The notes beneath the pieces were generated by a model. It saw only the letters and a list, made by a program, of their open reading frames with translations. It did no database searches and was not told where the DNA came from. Below are positions 58,677-64,000 of a stretch of 64,000 nt of DNA, piece by piece (position 1 is the stretch's first letter; the number at the start of each line of letters is the position of its first letter). A program made the position numbers and the translations under genes. The DNA is from Candidatus Undinarchaeales archaeon (GTDB lineage Archaea; SpSt-1190; JASMDC01), in NCBI GenBank assembly GCA_030753015.1, contig JASMDC010000021.1:1-64000 (forward strand), read 5' to 3'.

Positions 58677-60743
58677 CTACTCCAGAGTATCTGTGGACCG
58701 AGGGACGCCCCCCCTGTACGATCTGGAGAGGTACAGGATGACCAAGCCCAAGCCGCACAAGGAGGCCAACCCCGGGATGATTTCCGTACCAGACTGCCGG
58801 AACGCGAACTCGACGACCGTGTGTTCCTGCCCTTCCAAGGGAACCGTCATGAAGTGGTCCCGTGGCGTGATCTGGGCCAATTTCCCGTTCACGTACGCCT
58901 CCCAATTGGGGAAGGAGGTGATCTTCAAGAGCAAGGCTCCCCGGGCCACGTCATCCAGTTCGATCCGAACGTGCTCCGGACCGAGCTCAACGGAGGTGAC
59001 GGTGCCTGGGGCCTCGACGATGCCCGTGGCATCCTTCATCTCGAAGATAGCGATCCTCGGGCTCCTGTAGACCTGGGCGAACCTGTCCGAGCGGTAGAAG
59101 TTGTCGGTGGAATCGGGCATCCAGGTAAGAACGTGGGTCACGCCGAACCTCTGGTATTCGGAGTAGAGTGCATCGAGATCCTTGCTCCCGAGGTCCGTGA
59201 TGAGGTCCAACGTCTCCAGGGACACGGGCGACAGCTCGTGGTTGAGCCCCGAGACCTCCTGGCGAGGGATGAGCGGGACGGTGCTGTGCAGGTAGTGCGG
59301 CGAGCCGAGGCTCCACCTCATGTCCCAGTGGAACTCCGCTGCGATCCTATCTTCGGGCCTGATGTTATCCTCGATCCATTCCAGGGCAGGTCCCAGCTCC
59401 CCGGTGGAATCGCTGTAGTCGCCGTCCGATCTCACGTACTCCTCGCTATCGACCAGCACCTTGGGGGCCGCGAACAGGAGGAAGAGGATGACGAGAAGGA
59501 CGGATGTCGCGGCCTTCGTCCCCTTGCGTGATGGGATGCCACATAGCCCACCTGCGAAGAGGCAGCACACTATCCCCAGGTACGTTGGGGCCCTCACGTA
59601 CTGATGCTGGATGGCGTTCCTGAACGGCATGTATATCATCGCCCCCGGGGCGCCGAGCGAGAGGTAGAGAAGTAGGAAGAAGAGTGCCAGGAGGACAACG
59701 TTCCTGCGAGCCCGGATCGAGAGCAGGATCCCGGATAGCGCAAGTGCTCCCAGGAGGGGGCTCCCCACGCCCGCAGGTTCCCCAATATCGGAGTTCGGGC
59801 TGAAGAAGGTCCGTGTCAATGTGGTCACGGTGGTCGGCAGGTCCACTACAGGGCTGACCCCCCATTCGGGTGCATGGTCCCTGCTGATCGACATGTAACC
59901 GTAATTGGAGTACATGGGGATCGTCCAGAACAACGTCAACACGCCAGAGGTCAACAATGCCAGGAGAAGATATCCTCCACGTTCCCCGTCCCTCGTCAAC
60001 AGGGCCTCGAGGCCCAAGATGAGAACAACGAACATCACCAGGAAGTATGCCGATAGGAGATGAGTCAGCACGATCGCGCCCAGGCAGGTCCCGGCGAGGA
60101 CCGCGTTCCTCGTTCCCGGGTCCCTGCGGAGACGGATGAACGAGGCGAGCACGAGCGGGAACAGGCTCACGCCGAGCGAGCTCGGATACAGGCCCATCCA
60201 GAAATTACCCACCAGTCCTCCGGAATAGGGTGAGCCGATGGTCAGGGATAACAACGCCGAGACGAGAGCGCTCTCCCTTGAAAGGTCCAGCGTTCTCGCC
60301 AGTATGAACACTCCGATGGGTAAGAAGACATGACCCATGGCCACACTGATCTGGTATGCCGAGAGAAGGGAGAGCATTCCGAAAGATACTCGGTGGATGA
60401 GCACGGGCAGCAGGAAGGCCAATGGCGGATAGAAATAGAACATCGGGAAGCCGCAGTACCAGTAGGGGTACCACCCGCTGAGCCTCAAGCGCGGGAGCAG
60501 GTAGGAGTCGAGGAACGAGATACGGTTGAACTGGGGGGGGTGGTCGATCCCCACGGGCATCCCGGAGAAGATGTTCCGGATCGTATAGAGGTTGAACAGC
60601 ACGATCAGGCCGAGTAATGCGTATCCAGGGTGGCCTCTCAGCATGTCATAAGCACGTTCGAGATACCCGCGGTCCCGAGGCGTTCTCATGTTCACAGCGT
60701 CCAGGGACTTCTCCGGGATTGCTATGGCGGGTCGCGGGTCCAC
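58677..60743 (-). CDS. Polytopic GT-C-like membrane glycosyltransferase (PTPS-related/YfhO-like)
   Basis: GIDHPP, WYPYWYCGFPMFYFYPPL, LTHLLS and C-terminal SFPNWEAYVNG. The first ~17 aa derive from the duplicated pepQ start. Confidence 0.75.
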   Translation of the reverse strand: MDPRPAIAIPEKSLDAVNMRTPRDRGYLERAYDMLRGHPGYALLGLIVLFNLYTIRNIFSGMPVGIDHPPQFNRISFLDSYLLPRLRLSGWYPYWYCGFPMFYFYPPLAFLLPVLIHRVSFGMLSLLSAYQISVAMGHVFLPIGVFILARTLDLSRESALVSALLSLTIGSPYSGGLVGNFWMGLYPSSLGVSLFPLVLASFIRLRRDPGTRNAVLAGTCLGAIVLTHLLSAYFLVMFVVLILGLEALLTRDGERGGYLLLALLTSGVLTLFWTIPMYSNYGYMSISRDHAPEWGVSPVVDLPTTVTTLTRTFFSPNSDIGEPAGVGSPLLGALALSGILLSIRARRNVVLLALFFLLLYLSLGAPGAMIYMPFRNAIQHQYVRAPTYLGIVCCLFAGGLCGIPSRKGTKAATSVLLVILFLLFAAPKVLVDSEEYVRSDGDYSDSTGELGPALEWIEDNIRPEDRIAAEFHWDMRWSLGSPHYLHSTVPLIPRQEVSGLNHELSPVSLETLDLITDLGSKDLDALYSEYQRFGVTHVLTWMPDSTDNFYRSDRFAQVYRSPRIAIFEMKDATGIVEAPGTVTSVELGPEHVRIELDDVARGALLLKITSFPNWEAYVNGKLAQITPRDHFMTVPLEGQEHTVVEFAFRQSGTEIIPGLASLCGLGLVILYLSRSYRGGVPRSTDTLE

Positions 60744-60809
60744 GGGGGAGAAAGGGGACGCTCAATGTTTAAGGGCTTTTACTATGCCCAGGGGGCCGGA
60801 CCGAGGCCC
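60697..60809. repeat. Direct repeat of the pepQ-start/promoter/exoD-end junction, copy 2
   Basis: See 54682-54794. Confidence 0.93.
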
Positions 60810-61453
60810 AGTATGTAGCGTACGAACCCCACAAGAGAATGGCCTACCTTGAGCCCGGCGTAGTAGGTGAAGTAGAGCACCGAGACGGAGATGGTGCCCG
60901 CTATCAGCGATAAGCAGAACCCCAGCGCCATCACCAGGCCGTCGGCGTAGAGCAGCCCGAGCCCCATGACGAATACCGAGAAGGCCGGGGCGGTGTTGGT
61001 GAGCGGGACGGGGATGAGCATGCTCGTGCCCATGAGCATGATGAACAGTGAGAAGAACGACCGGAAAAGGCGGTTGGTCGTGAGGACGGAGAAGCGGGGG
61101 CGGGTGAACCTTTCTGTGAAGCGGAGCACGCCGATCCCCTTCTCCAGGAAGGAGGTGACGAACGAGTGCGGGATGCTCTTCTTGCGCAGGAAGGCCGGCA
61201 GCCATGGCACGTGGCGCCCGCTGATTAGCTGGAAGCCCAGAAGGATTATCACGAGGCCGAAGGGGATGGAGTAGCCTGCGGCGGGGATGGGCAGACCCGA
61301 GGGCAGCGCCACCAGCATGAGGATGAACCCGAACCCCCTATCCTCGATGCGCTCTAGGAGCGCCGACACCGGGATGTCCTTATCACCGAAGGAATTGAGC
61401 AGCTCCCGGACGTCCTCGGACAGGGGCCTGTGCGCGACGTTGATGTCGGTCAT
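60782..61453 (-). CDS. exoD: Exopolysaccharide biosynthesis ExoD-family membrane protein
   Basis: RGFG..LVALP..LPIP..GYS..FG, PWLP, RPR, PVPLTNTAP and DG motifs. Confidence 0.85.
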   Translation of the reverse strand: MTDINVAHRPLSEDVRELLNSFGDKDIPVSALLERIEDRGFGFILMLVALPSGLPIPAAGYSIPFGLVIILLGFQLISGRHVPWLPAFLRKKSIPHSFVTSFLEKGIGVLRFTERFTRPRFSVLTTNRLFRSFFSLFIMLMGTSMLIPVPLTNTAPAFSVFVMGLGLLYADGLVMALGFCLSLIAGTISVSVLYFTYYAGLKVGHSLVGFVRYILGLGPAPWA

Positions 61454-61515
61454 AAGAGGACAGTAGAACGGGTGTCGAAAGGTTTAAAAAAAGAAAAGCG
61501 GCCAGCGATGAACGA

Positions 61516-61588
61516 GCCCTGGTAGCTTAGTAGGTAGAGCGGCAGACTGTTAATCTGCAGGTCGCAGGTTCAAATCCTGTCCAGGGCG
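61516..61588 (+). tRNA. tRNA-Asn(GTT)
   Basis: GCCCTGG/CCAGGGC acceptor stem, GCAGA-CTGTTAA-TCTGC anticodon arm, GCAGG-TTCAAAT-CCTGT T arm; TTTAAA box upstream. Confidence 0.97.
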
Positions 61589-63369
61589 CATTTATTAACT
61601 TAATATTAGTAATGCCGTTCCTTTTCCGGATAACGTCATGCCGGGAATCCGGGTGCCACCACCGTTGCGAATCCGTGCAGTGCTGGCCGCAACCGTTATC
61701 GACCTCCATGGACGGGACCATCCCTGACAGTGACCAGACATCGGGATCGGTCCTAATCGACGCACTGGCCGGGGTAACCGATCCCGATCTGGTCGCAGCT
61801 CTTGCCGCCCGTGCAATCGCTGTCGCTCAGGCAGCAGTCGAGGGCCGTCGCGCAATCGGACCAAGTCGCGCAGCACTCCACTCCACCACCACCGCCGATG
61901 ACGAGGTACCCCGCAGGGCACGTACCACCGGTCGGGATACCGTACTGGTTCGTGATGGGGTGAGAGCCGATGCTCGCGCCGATGGAGGGACTGCACATAC
62001 CGCCGCCGCTCATGCCGCAGAGGCCGAGGATCGTGTTGCAGTACGTGCTGCCACCACAGTTCGCATCAGAGTTGCACGAATCGCCGAAGCCGCCCACGAG
62101 GACGCATCGGCCAGGGTAACCGATCCCGATCTGGTCGCAGCTCTTGCCGCCCGTGCAATCGCCGTCGCTCAGGCAGCAGTCGAGGGCCGTCGCGCAATCG
62201 GACCATGTCGCGCAGCACTCCACTCCGCCACCGCCGCCGATAACGAGGTAGCCAGCAGGGCACGTACCGCCCGTGGGGATCCCGTACTGGTTCGTGATGG
62301 GGTGGGAGCCGATGCTCGCGCCGATGGAGGGACTGCACATGCCACCACCGCTCATGCCGCAGAGGCCGAGGACCGTGTTGCAGTACGTGCCCGTGCCACA
62401 GTCAGTGTTAGATGTGCATGCGTCGCCGAAGCCGCCCACGAGGACGCACCGGCCGGGGTAACCGATCCCGATCTGGTCGCAGCTCTTGCCGCCCGTGCAG
62501 TCGCTGTCGCTCAGGCAGCAGTCAAGGGCAGTGGTGCAGTTGGACCATGTCGCGCAGCACTCCACTCCGCCACCGCCGCCGATGACGAGGTAGCCAGCAG
62601 GGCACGTGCCACCGGTCGGAACCCCGTACTGGTTCGTGATGGGGTGGGAGCCGATGCTCGCGCCGATGGAGGGATTGCACATGCCGCCGCCGCTCATGCC
62701 GCAGAGGCCGAGGATCGTGTTGCAGTACGTGCCCGCGCCACAGTTAGCATCGGACGTGCATGCGTCGCCGAAGCTGCCGGTGCTGACGGGCGTCGCCGTC
62801 ACCACGCACACGTTGTCCACCAGGGTGGTACCCTCACCGCACGTGACGGGTGGAGGGCACACAGGACAAGGCTCGGGAGGCGCGCAGGTGGGGCAAGGCA
62901 CCGGCTCGGGACAGGTAGGACACCTCTTCTCGGGGCATTCCGGAGGGGGACATTCGGGGCACTCCTCCTTCCTCTGGAGACCTATGGCGCGCGCCGTCTC
63001 AGGCTTCATCATCCTCCGGAAGGTCTTCGGTCGGGCGTCGGGATTGAACCGCTTCCATCGCTTCGCCTTGCCCCTCTTTCGAGCCCTTGCGTCGGCGGCG
63101 GCCGCTGCGTCCGCGAACAGGACGCAGGCTATGACCAGCAGCACGATCGAGCGGAGAACAAGCTTCCTGGAAAGGACGTTCTTGGATGACATGGGGATAC
63201 CACCTTTGCGCGAGGATCAAGGCCAGAGGAGGCCGGACTCGTCCGTACTGAATTAGTAAATAGGGATGATATATAACACTATCAGGCTCCCCGGGAGGGA
63301 TTACCGGACGGCCGTGGTCCGCCAGCGATGTTGCCCATCTTCCTCCTCATTAGTTCAGATCCTGTCCAG
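61589..63369. mobile_element. Putative integrase-free mini-island at tRNA-Asn
   Basis: GTTCAGATCCTGTCCAG at 63353-63369 matches the tRNA 3' part GTTCAAATCCTGTCCAG (61568-61584) at 16/17. Confidence 0.65.
61753..63192 (-). CDS. Secreted Cys/Gly-rich protein with three ~114-aa tandem repeats
   Basis: Signal peptide, basic segment, CPxCP hinge, then three near-identical 342-bp repeats with 14 Cys each. Confidence 0.8.
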   Translation of the reverse strand: MSSKNVLSRKLVLRSIVLLVIACVLFADAAAAADARARKRGKAKRWKRFNPDARPKTFRRMMKPETARAIGLQRKEECPECPPPECPEKRCPTCPEPVPCPTCAPPEPCPVCPPPVTCGEGTTLVDNVCVVTATPVSTGSFGDACTSDANCGAGTYCNTILGLCGMSGGGMCNPSIGASIGSHPITNQYGVPTGGTCPAGYLVIGGGGGVECCATWSNCTTALDCCLSDSDCTGGKSCDQIGIGYPGRCVLVGGFGDACTSNTDCGTGTYCNTVLGLCGMSGGGMCSPSIGASIGSHPITNQYGIPTGGTCPAGYLVIGGGGGVECCATWSDCATALDCCLSDGDCTGGKSCDQIGIGYPGRCVLVGGFGDSCNSDANCGGSTYCNTILGLCGMSGGGMCSPSIGASIGSHPITNQYGIPTGGTCPAGYLVIGGGGGVECCATWSDCATALDCCLSDSDCTGGKSCDQIGIGYPGQCVD

Positions 63370-63468
63370 AGTTCTTGTGTTAGCTAATAATATTTAGTAT
63401 ACTCTTAGAATCCTAATAGCATAGCGATTCTTCTAATTTAATTGGAGATAAAACGCTGACATTAGATC

Positions 63469-63831
63469 TCAGAACGTCAGCACCTTCTCCGATCCGACCA
63501 CCCACTGGGCCAGCTGGGCCATGGTGCTTGCCTCGACACCCTCTATCAGGGCGAGCTCCTTGATACCGCGGGCCGCGGCGCAGGTGCCGCACGCCTTGAC
63601 CTCCCCCCCTCTGTTGATGACCACCTTGAGCATCCGTTCTATGTTGTAGTAGCCCTGCGGCGTCGATTGGCCAGGCAGGGCACAGGTCACGGCATCCCCC
63701 AGCAGGAAGATCCGCACCGGGGAATCGGCGTGCTCCTTCTGGAGCGTCGTCGCCAGACGCAGTGCGTTGAACGCCTTCTCGGTGCCGTAGGGCGCATCGT
63801 TGATTACTAGCAGTATCTTCATTTCTTTCAC
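63469..63831 (-). CDS. DsrE/DsrF-like (YchN) sulfur-relay family protein
   Basis: INDAPYGTEKAFNALRLA, IFLLGDAV, CGTCAAARGI and KVLTF motifs. Confidence 0.9.
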   Translation of the reverse strand: MKEMKILLVINDAPYGTEKAFNALRLATTLQKEHADSPVRIFLLGDAVTCALPGQSTPQGYYNIERMLKVVINRGGEVKACGTCAAARGIKELALIEGVEASTMAQLAQWVVGSEKVLTF

Positions 63832-64000
63832 CTCGTTCCATGTAAAGACGATAAGAGCGAGTCCGAGAAGTGCCCGTCCATGCCGGGTGTTGAGCGCACC
63901 CCACCCTCTCTTGTCCTCTCCCTGGACATCGCATCCGATAATTCAATGACCGTCCAGATTTATTAACCGTTCGGACATCCCGCTGCTGCTAGCCTTGGCA

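Noticed and set aside
61612-63189. 525-aa plus-strand ORF, and the many other overlapping ORFs in the track
   Set aside because: Antisense or alternative-frame shadows of GC-rich genes; the opposite strand has the signal peptide and coherent Cys pattern.
63321-63330. GCCAGCGATG identical to the 10 nt upstream of tRNA-Asn (61501-61510)
   Set aside because: A short match with inconsistent spacing to the att copy; may be chance.
1-64000. CRISPR array, cas genes or rRNA
   Set aside because: No regularly spaced short repeats with unique spacers and no cas or rRNA signatures were seen.

Overview
GC-rich archaeal chromosomal window. Archaeal markers include tRNA-intron endonuclease EndA, Taw3/TYW3, NreA, an Lrp regulator and TATA boxes ~25 nt upstream of apparently leaderless starts. 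The Cys-rich surface proteins and one N-terminal helical motif look DPANN-like, but the lineage is only inferred. Left to right, it holds: two tandem integron-integrase-like tyrosine recombinases; CcdA and a Rieske-thioredoxin lipoprotein; a surface-glycan modification cluster; tRNA-Leu(TAG) followed by two tandem integrase-free cargo islands; ferredoxin/feoAB/DtxR; a ~1770-aa Cys-rich single-pass protein; housekeeping genes; a solo TnpB element; FTCD; a 6-kb glycosylation module; and tRNA-Asn(GTT) with a further integrase-free mini-island. The two tRNA-Leu islands carry a low-GC antiporter and a variant myo-inositol catabolism operon, and each is closed by the same 116-bp structured end plus a copy of the tRNA 3' end. 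The giant protein has a cytoplasmic tail resembling an adaptin appendage. The 6-kb module is flanked by a ~113-bp duplication of the exoD/pepQ junction. An identical 22-bp perfect palindrome occurs twice, 38.7 kb apart. The best candidate novel system is the tRNA-anchored stack of non-autonomous cargo cassettes sharing a conserved hairpin-rich end, possibly mobilised in trans. All calls were made by eye; no database searches were run.
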